Source of the DNA: Tubiluchus corallicola
Lineage: Eukaryota; Animalia; Priapulida
Direction of reading: 5' to 3'
Length of the DNA: 64,000 bases
NCBI GenBank assembly: GCA_030141605.1
Contig: JAQGDQ010000005.1
Coordinates: forward strand, 1,240,180-1,304,179
Program-made: the position numbers and the translations under genes
Notes under the pieces: model-generated
What the model saw: the letters and a program-made list of their open reading frames with translations, nothing else
Told to the model about the DNA's origin: nothing
The model's database searches: none
Shown: in pieces, positions 23,401-35,302 of the stretch
Layout of the letters: every line of letters starts with the position of its first letter
Numbering within the stretch: position 1 is the first letter of the stretch

Positions 23401-26244
23401 AATGAACAGCTACAAAATATGCTAATGAAGTAGGAACATGGTTGTGCAGATAACAAAGCTAGTGAAATGAGTGTATGTGTGAAAAAGAGGAATTATAGGA
23501 CCTAAAAAATTTTCTGTTGAAAAGTTGAGGGAAAATCTAGACAAGAATAGGTGAATAGTTGAAATTGCAGAAATTTCAATGCTCCTGAAGACCCAGGACG
23601 TAAATGACATCATAAATTCAATTTCAAATTCAATTAACACAACACTAGTTGTAGATTGGTAATAGACTACACTTAATTAGTACACTATAAGTCTAACACA
23701 CAAGTACTATTATGGTTTATTATAATATTATACAAGAAAAATTCTATTTTGGAGGTATGATGGGGACTGTGGAGAAAAGGTTGACCGTTCAGGAGGGGGC
23801 ACTAAAACACTTTTGCCTATGGCGTCAAACTACCTAGAGCCGGCCCTGTTCTTTACTGGATAAAATATCTCTTTATTGCTTTTTTGAAACTATGAAAACT
23901 TTTTTATGGAATGTAATTTTTGGCTTAATGGCATAATTACAGTAGCACTGACTTACTCAAACAATGAAGTGGCTATGATAAGCATTGGCTGAATATAAAA
24001 TAGGTTAGACTACTATGTACCATGAAACGTTGCATCTGACTTACAGTAAATCTGCTTATAAAAGGTTAATTATTGTCTGTGATTTTTGTACAGTTAAGCA
24101 TAAAATAAATCAGGCAATTTTCTTAATATATTATCATTTATTGCAATTGGTAATAGTGAAATATTGCAGGTACTGGCATAAAGGGTCCTTAAAAATCACT
24201 TGTAAAAAAGCTGAATAACATCTGACTGCATGATAATAAGCTTAATACTGATCAGCGTTGATTCTTTGCTAAAGCGAATGGTATTTTAAAGTATTCATTC
24301 ACAATAAGAAAATGCAACATGAGAAACCAAATTTTTGCAGTGTTTCAAAAACTAACAAAAAATAATTCGGAGCTATTTGTCATCCGTTTTAAATCATTTA
24401 AATAAGCTAAAAATTAAACAAAATTGATTATGTTGAAATATTTTATAAGAGCTGTCAGAGACAATATATTTATTGAAGTGTTAATACATCAGCAGCCACT
24501 ATGTGGAAGATGAATGATAGTTATCAACAAAGTAAATGACAATATGGAAAATGGAAAAAGGTTTTATCAGTCACACATGATCTGCTGAAGCAAGCTCAGC
24601 ATTACGTAACACATATGTAGCCAACCATTCACTGTGATCAGACAATTGCTCTGCAGTAAGAGTTATTTTATTTTTAACCACTTAGTTCTTAGTGGTGCTA
24701 CTTATAGACTGTTGTTCCAGTACGTCCATATTGTTATAACCCAGTTTGTTATTTTTAACAGAAGAAGGAGCAATGTAATTGTTCACATAATTCTTCTACA
24801 GGTTTGTAGTCCTGCAGCAGCCTGGAATTTAGAAATTAATTCTGCTCATTTGGAAACAAGAAGCAGTTCCTGTAGTGACCGGTATTATTACGAGATTGAT
24901 TTAGTATCGGCAAATGGCTTCACTCTCATTACAATACCCCTTTGCATTGTACTAATCTTTACCTTAAAATGATAAATGAACTCTTCAGCATCTATATCAA
25001 TCCTGAATTGCCCTGTCTTAACTGAAATAACAGACAAGCCGACATCAACGGAACCGTGAAGCTTCCCTTTGTTCATCAATTCAGGAGATTTCCCATATAC
25101 TAAAAACCCATTTTCCAGTATGCAATATCTCTGCAAACAAGTAAAAATAGTATAACAACAATTATTATTAATACCAGTGTAATGGTTATTATGGTCCCTA
25201 TTATTTGACTAGGCTCAACAAAAGAACTGATATGAAACCGGGCACAGTGCCTCAATAAAGTTACTAATATTGCAAGTTTTTTAGCACTGTGCTAAAATAA
25301 AATACCCACTTTGTGCCAGCCCTTTAGCGGCCATTTGCGTCGTTTCATCATGTATCCTTCATATTTTTCAGGTTTTTCTTCACAGATTTGTCCATCTTTA
25401 AGACCAGACAGTATTATCCATTCATCTTTCACTTTTTTCTTCTGAGGTTTACGTTTCCGGGTAGATTTCTCAGATGGTCCCTCAGATGCCATATCAGCTG
25501 ACGAAGAATCGAGGGAATCGTCAGTTTCCTATAAAAGGAAAGCATCAAGATTATCATTAACTGCTTTTAGATTTACTTTGTCCATTACAAAGTCAACATG
25601 CTTACACAGCAGGTTTGCAGAAAGAAAAGAGAAAACATATAAATCATTCCCTAGTGTAGTGATTTTTATAATAATATTGCTAGTACTATTCCACTGCGTA
25701 ACTACAAATAATTTTTAAATTATGATTAGAACTAAGATTTAAAGTAAAGTAACAATTCAACAAGAGCTAGGAAATGGTGAGTTGGGGCTTCATTTAGGAT
25801 TAGTGTTCATATTATGGCTCAAGAGATACGCTATTTCAGAGTATTTCAAATCTTTTAAATGCTTCCTTTCGTCCTCCTCGAATGTTATTTCGTTCAGTCT
25901 GTCTGCACTATCTACACCAACAAATGGGAAACATCATTCGTAAATGCTATATAGCCAAAGTTTACAGAAAATTTGCTGAATTGTAAAAAAATTATGCGCA
26001 TTCATACAATGCTCAAACATCAAGTGATATTCTAACTAATAAAAATTTTTTAAGTAACGACACGTACCTTGTCACAAAAACCATCCCCATCCTCATTTTT
26101 TGCCAATCCAGTAGTTAACGACATTGTTTGTTTAGGAGACTTTGCCTCAGTTTTTGATGGTGTAAGTACTTCAGCTGAAGGACTCTTCTTAGGTGTCTGA
26201 CTCTCGGATGTCTTTAAACCTCTTTTGGTAGATTGATTAGACAT
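11336..26244 (-). CDS. OSBPL3/6/7: Oxysterol-binding protein-related protein, ORP3/6/7 subfamily; 19 coding exons, about 936 aa
   Basis: Exons 26244-26068, 25528-25310, 25130-24963, 22922-22778, 22131-22018, 21377-21286, 20475-20350, 19433-19286, 17582-17425, 17169-17056, 16027-15914, 15412-15334, 14775-14525, 14294-14157, 13494-13352, 12849-12714, 12622-12351, 12128-12006, 11429-11336 join in frame via GT-AG introns (2811 nt incl. stop); PH domain [28 protein letters not shown] signature [21 protein letters not shown]-terminal ..KLW*. Confidence 0.93.
12006..12128 (-). CDS. OSBPL3/6/7: OSBPL ORD exon
   Basis: [40 protein letters not shown]; donor gtaag. Confidence 0.9.
12351..12622 (-). CDS. 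OSBPL3/6/7: OSBPL ORD exon
   Basis: [13 protein letters not shown]...[14 protein letters not shown]...[13 protein letters not shown]. Confidence 0.92.
12714..12849 (-). CDS. OSBPL3/6/7: OSBPL ORD exon
   Basis: [45 protein letters not shown]. Confidence 0.92.
13352..13494 (-). CDS. OSBPL3/6/7: OSBPL ORD exon carrying VSHHPP
   Basis: [40 protein letters not shown]. Confidence 0.92.
14157..14294 (-). CDS. OSBPL3/6/7: OSBPL ORD exon
   Basis: [46 protein letters not shown]. Confidence 0.92.
14525..14775 (-). CDS. OSBPL3/6/7: OSBPL exon, start of ORD
   Basis: [60 protein letters not shown]. Confidence 0.92.
15334..15412 (-). CDS. OSBPL3/6/7: OSBPL acidic linker exon
   Basis: [26 protein letters not shown]; ttttacag acceptor, gtaag donor. 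Confidence 0.85.
15914..16027 (-). CDS. OSBPL3/6/7: OSBPL exon with FFAT motif
   Basis: [26 protein letters not shown]; FFAT core at 15950-15970. Confidence 0.88.
17056..17169 (-). CDS. OSBPL3/6/7: OSBPL coiled-coil exon
   Basis: [20 protein letters not shown] resembles ORP3/6 ALxQNxELRxRLxRIHxES. Confidence 0.88.
17425..17582 (-). CDS. OSBPL3/6/7: OSBPL exon
   Basis: [24 protein letters not shown]...LKQALAE; phases 1 to 0 fit neighbours. Confidence 0.85.
17695..18564. mobile_element. Non-autonomous foldback-like DNA transposon with arrays of subterminal repeats, in an OSBPL intron
   Basis: Termini TGTAACAGC / GCTGTCACA; many copies in both orientations of TAGCCTACTTTATACCC / GGGTATAAAGTGGCCTAG-like motifs at 17700-18065 and 18400-18560 around an AT-rich core. 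Confidence 0.7.
19286..19433 (-). CDS. OSBPL3/6/7: OSBPL exon
   Basis: [22 protein letters not shown]...[11 protein letters not shown]; donor gtgag. Confidence 0.85.
20350..20475 (-). CDS. OSBPL3/6/7: OSBPL exon
   Basis: [15 protein letters not shown]...SEINKTS; open phase 0-0 exon with tttatag acceptor and gtaag donor. Confidence 0.75.
21286..21377 (-). CDS. OSBPL3/6/7: OSBPL exon
   Basis: [31 protein letters not shown]; donor gtaag. Confidence 0.8.
22018..22131 (-). CDS. OSBPL3/6/7: OSBPL exon
   Basis: [38 protein letters not shown]; phase 1-1. Confidence 0.8.
22778..22922 (-). CDS. OSBPL3/6/7: OSBPL PH-domain C-terminal exon
   Basis: [25 protein letters not shown] matches ORP3/6/7 [19 protein letters not shown]. 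Confidence 0.9.
23151..23848. mobile_element. Degenerate hAT-like non-autonomous element
   Basis: Right end TAGAGCCGGCCCTG; left end GAAGACTGGCTCTA is a decayed CAGGGCCGGCTCTA; subterminal GGGGGCAC and CCTA(A/T)GG motifs at both ends. Confidence 0.5.
24963..25130 (-). CDS. OSBPL3/6/7: OSBPL PH-domain exon
   Basis: [56 protein letters not shown]. Confidence 0.92.
25310..25528 (-). CDS. OSBPL3/6/7: OSBPL exon, start of PH domain
   Basis: [39 protein letters not shown]. Confidence 0.9.
26068..26244 (-). CDS. OSBPL3/6/7: OSBPL probable first coding exon (exon acceptor at 26283)
   Basis: ATG at 26244, [23 protein letters not shown]...FCDK, donor gtacgt phase 0. Confidence 0.7.
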
Positions 26245-27559
26245 GATAAACCAATAACAATATATGGTCAAAAATTTATAAACCTAAAAAAGCAATATGT
26301 TATATGCTAAATAACTGCCTTGTAATTCAAATGTAATAACACTCACTGCAAAGTGACTACTGAACAACATAGTCTGTCAAATTGGTAAAAATTAATTTAT
26401 CCTGTGCTAACAATGCCAGAACAAACTCATAAACTTTGCCTAGGTGTTTCTGGAGAGCAGTCCAAGACAAACTCAGTGTTTTAAACAATGTGGCAAAAAT
26501 GGATCATAGAATTTCGAGAAGGGTGTTGCATAAATCGAATCTGGAATTTCAAGAAAGGCATATCACATGTTCTTCACTGTATTTCAGGAACAATACGATG
26601 CGAAATTACATTTTCTCAGACTACGGCCTATTATGGATTTACTGGGTATCAGTAAGGGTTCAAATGATTTTGAAGTTATAATCAAAACATCATTTTTCCT
26701 GAATTCTCTACAGCTCACGTGTCTCAATAGAGAAAACTGCTGACACCTCAGTTTGTTTAGTGCACTTGAGTGCTTGCCAGCAAACATAGTTACTTGATGT
26801 ACTAATGAGGACTCCAGCTAAGCAGGAAACGTGTAAAACGATGTCTTGGTTAAACTGAATCAGGTAGAGTTTTCTGAACTTTTTTACTTTAATATAGAAA
26901 AGAGTATGAAAAATTTTCCAGGTTCTCTTGATCATTAGGCATTGTATTTCATGTAATTGCCACTTATCACAGAGAATCAGACAGCTACAGAAGTTAAAAA
27001 GTACAGACGTTGTAAAAAAAGTATTGAACAAGCACATTTCTGAGTAGACCATGTAGAAAAACATTGAATAATTTTTCATACGTCATACTGTCACACTTTT
27101 TGAAACGTGGCAGGTAGACATAAATTTACAAAAGCCAAGCAGAATTTTTTTGCATATGGTCAGATTAAAGTGTCGGTAGGTGACATAATTATGTAACAAT
27201 GATATACATAGACTTCAAAGTGTGGTGAAATATGCTGAAATATGTATGATGAAGCACAAACAATTTGGTGAAGAGTTGAATTAAAAGAGAAGTTTTCAAT
27301 ACAGAAATAAAACATGAAAGTATAATACCAAAATAAAGTGAAATTTGACCTCGCAAAGTAAGAGTTTGCTCATCTATTGATGAAGTGAACCTAGTAAAAG
27401 CACAAGAATCATTGGCTCAAGCCTATTGTAGACAGTACCCAAACCAAGCAGAGTTCCAAAATAAAAGAAAACTGCCCTAAAGACAGATAAACATAACAGT
27501 AATCCAGCCACTAATAGCACTGCCAAGTCTTACAGCATCTTCATCATCTAATGAATCAT

Positions 27560-28200
27560 ACGTCCATGGGCATGATTCTGTTCAACTTCCTGTGCCAGGA
27601 CTCCCTAATGTGACATCAACAGAGAATTATTCCTTAGATAACAAATATAAAGTATTTTTGCATGGAGAGGACACAAGCGCTTATGCTGTAGTGGGTATTG
27701 TTCATCCGGTGGATTTTAATTGCACGTATACTATTATAAATTCAAAAATTATTGCTCTCAAAACTCGCATAAAAACAAGCAATCACAATCGTAAATGGCT
27801 ATGCACCCACGCTAGTGAAAAGGATCCCAAGTTAAGAGGTGCTTTTTATGATGCTTTGGATAACTTTATAAGTACAGTACCTAAAAATCGTTTGTGGAGA
27901 TTTCAAAGCCAAGATTTGGATCACGGCATAATTCATCCAAGTCTTACAGCAGCAGGGTAACATTGAAAAACCAATATGACATATCTTTGAAGAGTTTTTG
28001 GCAACGCGGACGAGTCATGGAAAACTTCGGCACTAGGATCATATAGTCAGGAGTTACTCGCACCTCGCAGGATTTGAAATCAGCTTTATATTCTGCTCGC
28101 TTACGATAATTATGAGGAGTATCGTATCTTACATATCGACTAAGAATGATAAATAGTTTTACCATTGTAATAAATACTTCCTTAAACTTTGTGAAAGAAC
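27560..28200 (+). mobile_element. Degenerate APE-endonuclease fragment of an RTE-like non-LTR retrotransposon
   Basis: Frameshifted motifs GEDTSAYAVVGI, IIALK, HASEKDPKLRGAFYDALDNFISTVPK, CGDFKAKI (GDFNAKI motif), VRSYSH; boundaries approximate. Confidence 0.6.
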
Positions 28201-29525
28201 TGTAGCTACATCCAGAAAGCATACGTATCTCAGTTTCACCATTTATTGTGCAGAGGTTCTGAGATGCAAAATTCACGTGCCTATTCAGAAATCAATTAAG
28301 CCACTTAAACGGTTTCTTTGATGGCCGTATTAGAAAAGTGAAAAATTAGGCTCCAGTATGGTCTGTGTAATGATTCATAGCATCTTCATGCAAAATTTTA
28401 ATCTTGTGTAATGAAAACTGCTCCTTATATGACAACTTTCAATGATAAATGTGACAACAACACCAACAACCCATACTGTGTACCAGATCCAAAAAGCACA
28501 ACACTTTTACAACAAACAAAAACTGAATGCAACAATGACATTTCCTAAACATTTGCTTAAATGCTATTCTATTGTAACATAAAAAGTACATAAAAATAAC
28601 TAATTTCACGCATTCTCTGGAACAAAATTATTGGCATTATATGAAATACCCAAGAAAACTGGAATTTTGTCAAAACAATAATTGATTTTTTTTAACATTC
28701 ACACTACCTAAAATATTTTCTACATTCAATAAAATGCATTGGAATAGTATATTGAAAACAAAAGAATTACAAAATAAAATTAATAAAATATAAATACCTA
28801 GGAAAAGTGCAGAAGAAATTATTTTGGACTGCCCGTAATTGTCTAGGCTTCCTCCAGAATACCTAAGTTTATGCTATAGGTTCTGTATATAACAGCGTAA
28901 TTAATACTGTTGCATCATTTGTCACTATGCTCATTACTCATTAGATTGTTAATTTCGCAGATCATGCCTAAAAATTTATACCAGCATACTTAACACATTG
29001 ATACGTTTGTCATCTGGAATTTTTAAAAGTCTAACATAGTATGCCCATATACATAGTACCACTTTCTTCAGTTTCAATGCTTAGATATATATATTGATTG
29101 GTTTTTGTATTGCATCTTGACATTACTGTTTCAGTTTTATCATAAATTTATGCATATAGTATAACCATTATTACTATCAAAATGTAACCTCATATTCAAT
29201 TCTCAAGAAATTGTCACTTACTATTTTTCCACGCTTTAAAATTCGAGTAGATTAAGTGATTAGGTATACACAGTACCTTTTCTGCTACTTAGTATATAAT
29301 TTAATACCAATTTTTTTTAACACTGTAATACTTTTTGTATAATAATCACCTAAAAATGCTATGTGCCTGTAAGTAAACTTGTATTTTTAATAGGGGGCAG
29401 CTAATAAAGTGACCAACACGTCTTTCGCTGCTCCATTTTCAGTTGCCTTGAAATGTCAAAATAATCATGTCGAATTTTTACTGTTATTGAGCAAATAAAG
29501 TTGACTTGAATTGAAAATTGAATAC

Positions 29526-29662
29526 TTGTTTGATTGCAAATTTAATTGCGAATTCGGCGCTGTCATCATTAGTCATCATAATCTTCGTTCTCTAATGTTT
29601 GGTTCTGCGGTAGATCTGCTTTCAGTGCTTGCCTTGAAGGTCGAAGCTGTCTTGCCCTAGAC
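29526..29662 (-). other. Candidate upstream (5' UTR or N-terminal coding) exon of OSBPL next to a CpG-richer promoter-like stretch
   Basis: Acceptor attcatttcag at 29663, donor CAA|gtatt at 29525; ATG at 29579 gives MMTNDDSAEFAIKFAIKQ in frame with the 26283 exon. Confidence 0.45.
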
Positions 29663-30949
29663 CTGAAATGAATAATTGACATTGAAAGTGTCAATGGTCG
29701 ACATTTCGTTCATGGCTTTGGCGCATCGCCGCCGTACGAAAACTTTCAAGGATTTCCTGTATTGAATCAGGGAATCTTCACGAAATGGTTTTCAGCTATG
29801 TTGAGAAACAACTTTGTAACGAAATAAATTAACCAATGAATTTAGGGCTGCCATCGAAAGCTTTTATCGGTACTTCATTTTAGTTCTTTTGTGCGTGTTG
29901 TGTTTTTCAGCCCTTCGCAAAGTCATTAAATACGCATGTACGAAACAGTAGTCTTATGCCCCACCATGTTAGTAATACTTTCATTGTTATCATGTTATGG
30001 TACTTTTTTCCTTTTTTTCTCCTGAAGTTATTTGCGTATCTGATATGATTAACCCTTTCACTGGCTAATTATGCATTGGAAATGGGCAAGTAAAATTTTC
30101 GAGAATGTCTAATCATAATTTTACAAAATTGTCGTATGCATATTTACTGTCACCTATCTATGTTTTGAACTTATAGGTTTAGGTGCAATTATTGGTGGTA
30201 CTGACGAAAACATTCTCCTGTAAAGAGCCTAACACCACAATCCTTTCACGAAGTACTGATATGAGATCCTTTATATTCACCTTTTTTCCTGTCCTTTGAG
30301 CACGCAACACATTTTGTCTTGCTTTCAGGTATTCTCCAAAAAACGTCTGTCAATGTATCCAGCTTATGAGCACCCTAAACTGGGCCTCCCTAACTATGAT
30401 CTTGGTTCTTTGTATTTTACCTGAAACTAAAAGCCTTCGACCAAATCAATTATCAATTAAAAACATCACATGCGACCAGATCAGCTAAAACATTAGAAAA
30501 CATTGGGTGTGTTAGCAATTTCCTTCGATGATTCGGATTATTCACACACAAACTGTATAAATTTGTGATTGTGTGGGGTACAGTAAATTGAAAAACTTTC
30601 TTCCAACTCTTTACAGTTTTTTCAACACATCTTTCAACTTCTATAAACTGCAAAATTGGCTTTTCTCCCAATTGTAGCCATCCTTTGACTGATAGTCATC
30701 AAACAACCCTGGCCAATAGTCACTTAGCTCATTCTAGTGAATATCTTATTCCTGAACTCCTAAACTTCTTTGTCCACTAAGTACTCCTATTCATTATACA
30801 CATCCATCCACCGGTTATCTTTCTCCTATAAACTGCCAAACTACTGCAATTAACAGTCAGTATCAAACTTTCCCATAATTGTTAGCTCTTCCGAAAACAA
30901 CTGGAGTGATGCTAACCCTACTATCTCTGATAATGTTTGACTTATTCAG

Positions 30950-33730
30950 TACTCTTGTTCATCTCTCAGAGGTTTTATGTTCAACTGCAACGGCTGTGTT
31001 AATAAACTTCCTGATTTGTTCTGTTTCACTAATAATTATAAATCTGATTTTTTATGCTTATGTGAAACCTGTCTTTCTGAAGATGTAGATGATAGTGTAA
31101 TTTGTCCTCAACATTACTCAATTTTTAGATGTGATAGACACTCTGTTTTTCTTACTCTCAATTACGGTGGCGTGGCTATTATTGTCAAATCATGTTTATC
31201 TCGTGCTAATTCCTGTGTCAGTCACTGCTGAAACAGTTGCTGTTGAACTCAAGATTTTTTCACGAGATAGTCTTAGTGTCGCATATATACATAGATTGCA
31301 GTAATAATTATATTGTAACATTTGGCTATTCTGAAATAATATACTTGAAGAACTAAACATACTTGTTATACCTATTCTCAAAATGATGTTATCATTTGCA
31401 GTGATTTTAACTTTCCAGAATTGGCCTGATCCTGATCTCATATTGATCTCGATTGTATGTTTATTGATTCTTTACATGATAACCTGTTTTCTCAGTTAGT
31501 TCATTTTCTTACTCCCAAAAACAGATGTTTAGAATTCGTCTTAACTAATTGTCCTGAATTTATTACAAATTGCTCTCTTTGACATGGATTTTCAACCAGT
31601 GATCATGACACTAGCATTTGTTTTGATGTCGAATACAATTACTAACAACTTGTAAATAGACCCTGGCATGACTTTAATCATTCTAAGTTAACTTCATTAT
31701 TTTTTGGAAAATATTGACTGGAAAACTCATTTTGACAATTTTGACATTATTACTTGTTGGAATTACTTTCTGTCTTTATATAATGAAACAGTTGATCAGT
31801 TTGTACCCTTAAGAGGAACTTCTGCTAAACTCATATCTTCCCCTTAGCTAAACGATTACCATTATTGCTAAAGCGAGAACTTGTAAGTGCAAATTATGGT
31901 CAAAATGGAACTGTTCTAATCTTGACAGTGTTCATGCTGAATATACTCGTTCCTCAGAGGAACTGAAATCAGCTTTACATTCTGGTCGATTACAATATGA
32001 GGAGCATCTTGTAAATCGAATAAGTAAGAATGGTGAAGGGTTTTAAAGTTATAGTAAACACTTCTTTAAACCTCCCAATCGTATTACTACTATTAATCAT
32101 CATCAACATGCTATTTCTGATCGTATCATGGTTGCTAATATTATTAATGGTTCTTTTGCTTCTTTCTTCACTAATGAACCTGAATGTGGTCCCTTACCAA
32201 TTCCCTTGTCTTGGAATGACAATAGTATTTCATATGTTAATTTACGGTGAATGATTGATGTCTACGATAAACTTTCCAAACTTAAAGCTGTTGACCAAGA
32301 CCGTGTTCACTGTTTTATGTTGAAATCATGTGCCTCGCAACTCTCGTTGCCTGTTTTTCTTCTTTTTTTGCAAATCCTTTGAGTCTGTTGTAGTCCCTCA
32401 AGACTGGTTAGATTGTAATGTTACCCCTATCCCTAAAAAAACTAGCACCAACATGACATGTGATGAATTACGCCCTATTTTTCTATCTTATGTTGTTTCT
32501 AAATTTCTTGAATATCTTTTGTGGGATGATAAACTAAATTTCCTGTTACCTTCTAACCAATTCAGTAATAATCATCATAGCTAACTTTGCCACTAAGTTT
32601 CACCGTAACAAATTTTCTTGTATGCCTAAATGACTGGTCCCAATTCCTCGATGACTTTTCTCTTCTATCAATTGACATTCAGTATATTGATTTCGGAAAA
32701 GCATTTGATTCCGTTCCTCTTTGTTGTCTCGTGTGAAAAATGGACGGTATAAGATGGAAATGTACTCCAATGGTTTCAATATTTTCTAACATACAGACGG
32801 CAAAGAGTAGTTTTAAATGGTATAACCACTTCCTGGAGAAATGTAACCAGTGGCATCCCTCAAGGGACTTTGTCGGGACCCTATTGTTTTCTTATTTAAA
32901 TCAATGATGTTATCAATTGTCTCCTAATACTATACCACTGGTTGTTAATGACATAAAACCTTACCGTCCAATTAGAAACTCCTCTGGTCAAAAGACCTTA
33001 CAAGCAGGCCTGTCTGAAATTGATTGGTGGTGTGACAACTGGTTAATGGCACTCAAATGTAGTAAATGCAGCGCATTTCGTATTCGTTCTAATTCTGCAA
33101 CACCTTATTATCTGAGAGATGGTGTTATTGAAGAAAAATCCTTGGCACTTGATTTGGGAATATTAATCTCAAACAACCTCAAGTGGAACTCACATATTGA
33201 GCATATTATTTCTCAGGCCAATAGACGCATTGAAATGATAAAATTTTGCATTTCATCACGTAGTGCAAAAGTTATTGTACCTCTTTATAAAACTGTAGTT
33301 AGACCAATAGCTGAGTATGCGTGTGTTGTTTGGTCACCACAATATGTTATTCTTAAAAATGCTTTAGAGAGAATTCAATGGAGTGTATTAGTCTGGCCTT
33401 TGAAATTCAACCTGACTCTGTATCTTTTCTTGAACAGCGCGATGATATTATAGATCTTATTAACTGTTTTAAAGTCATTAGTGACAGTTCTATTTTGCAT
33501 AGCATAAAATTTTTTTCTAAACCACTACATGATTTACATGGACACAATTCTAAATTATTTGTACAATACTGTCGCACTAATATCAGGAACCATTTCTACT
33601 CTTCTCGTGTTGTGGGTCATTAGAATTCACTTAGTAGTGAAACAGTTGATGCATCAAATCTATCTCAATTTCGCAAATCGGCTTGCCATATGTCTTAGTG
33701 TTAATTGTCAGCCTGTTGTAATAAACGAGT
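30950..33730 (+). mobile_element. Degenerate CR1/L2-group LINE ORF2 (APE endonuclease + reverse transcriptase) with many stops and frameshifts; element may begin near 30300
   Basis: FNCNGCVNKL, DFLCLCETCL, YSIFRCDR, GGVAIIVK (endonuclease); VTPIPKK, RPI, IDIQYIDFGKAFDSVP (32671), SGIPQGTLSGP (32850), DLGILISNNLKWNSHI, LYKTVVRPIAEYACVVWSP, LHGHNSKL, RNHFYSSRVV (RT and C-terminus); AATAAA near 33720. Confidence 0.9.
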
Positions 33731-33954
33731 TGTAAGTTGGTCACCAATGTGATAACAATGCTTAATATTGTGTCCTAATAATCTAGTAATTATTGTGTAA
33801 TATCAAGAACCCAGGTGGTAAACTCCCCAGTGGGAACGCACTGTTCCTGACTTCCCGTAATATAAATTTGATTTTCCCCACATCTCCTCACAAAGAGGAA
33901 CATAGAGGAACATATAGTTGTCGACAACTAGATGGTGTTTTTTTCATGTCCTCC

Positions 33955-35302
33955 TAAGGCCCCATAAGGCATAAGCCATGAGGAGAAAAAGATGCCTTAT
34001 AAAAATTAATGTGCACTGATCAATGGGCCCTGTTACACAGATGATCCATTTGCCGCCTACTGCGGTTTGCCTACCATAAGGCGTCTGCCATAATCTACTG
34101 TAGGCTCCTTGCAAGCTGTTTTGGGCAATTCATAAGCTGCTTTATCGTGAAATTAATTTGACCATTAATTTCATTTCCCATAAAGTGTTTTTTGCTGACC
34201 GCTAATGTGAAGATTAGTGTAATTAAGCTTTTTTCTGTACACAATTCATTTATATGATAAGAATTCATAACACTGACATAAACATCAAAAAGTATTTTAA
34301 TTTAAAAAAAATTATTTTAAAATTGAGATAAAAAACAAAGTTTTGAAAAAGAACAGCATACTCAGTACAGTGATCACATTTCTGCTACCCGCTTTTTATT
34401 TCTGCATTCAGATCTTTCATGGCTGCAGTGAAATATCACAAATTTTACTGGTTGTAGTGGGAAAACTTTTAAGCTGTGGCTATTGCTGCCGTTGTTTTGT
34501 GCTCATATTCTAATTCAGAACACACTGCTAGTCGCAATAAAGCATCTCACGAAAAGGCAATACTAAACATTTTCAAGGACAAAAAAAATTGATGAAGATT
34601 TTATCTTTTTATCATTGTTACTATTATTTCAATGAAGATCAAAAATTGGCGGCCAAAATTGAATTCTGAAGGTGGTTCAATATATTGTGAATTCCCAGTA
34701 CGACCAAAACATTTCAAGTATACCCAGTGCAAGTTTCTTCCCTCTGCAGACACAACAATGAATCAGTAACAGTTGTATTTGAATTTCGAGTATTGTAACT
34801 AATATATAAAAAAATTGCTAAACGTATAAATAATATGCATGTACAGTGAATTGGTTGTGTCATTCCTTATTCCATTTGTCATTTTTATGCTCTTTTTGTG
34901 TGCAAGTTAAAGTGTGTCTAATCGCAGCTGTCACATGAGTTTAGATTTTGCAGTTTAGAGTTTAGAGAGAATAGTAAATAAGTGTGCAAACTCACACGAA
35001 AAAATGATTTAGCATCAACATAAGCTTAACAATGATGTAGCACCTCACAATCACCATAAATCGTTAAAGAGTTTGTAAAAATTGCCCTTGCAGTAAACGC
35101 TAGATGATGGTTATTGTGTGATCTCAATATTTCCCGCATCTTTTTGTTTTTTCGTGAATTAATAATGGACAAATATAAGCAGTCCTTTGAGCTGCATACC
35201 ACTAATTGCACAATTACCACTGTGCATCCGATTTTGGTACACTAGTAAAATTGCTGCAATTTGCAGTTGTGTAATGTAATTGCATGTCTATATGGGACCT
35301 TA
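33955..35302. mobile_element. Possible decayed PIF/Harbinger-like non-autonomous element
   Basis: Left TAAGGCCCCATAAGGCAT versus reverse complement of right end TAAGGTCCCATATAGACAT. Confidence 0.3.
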
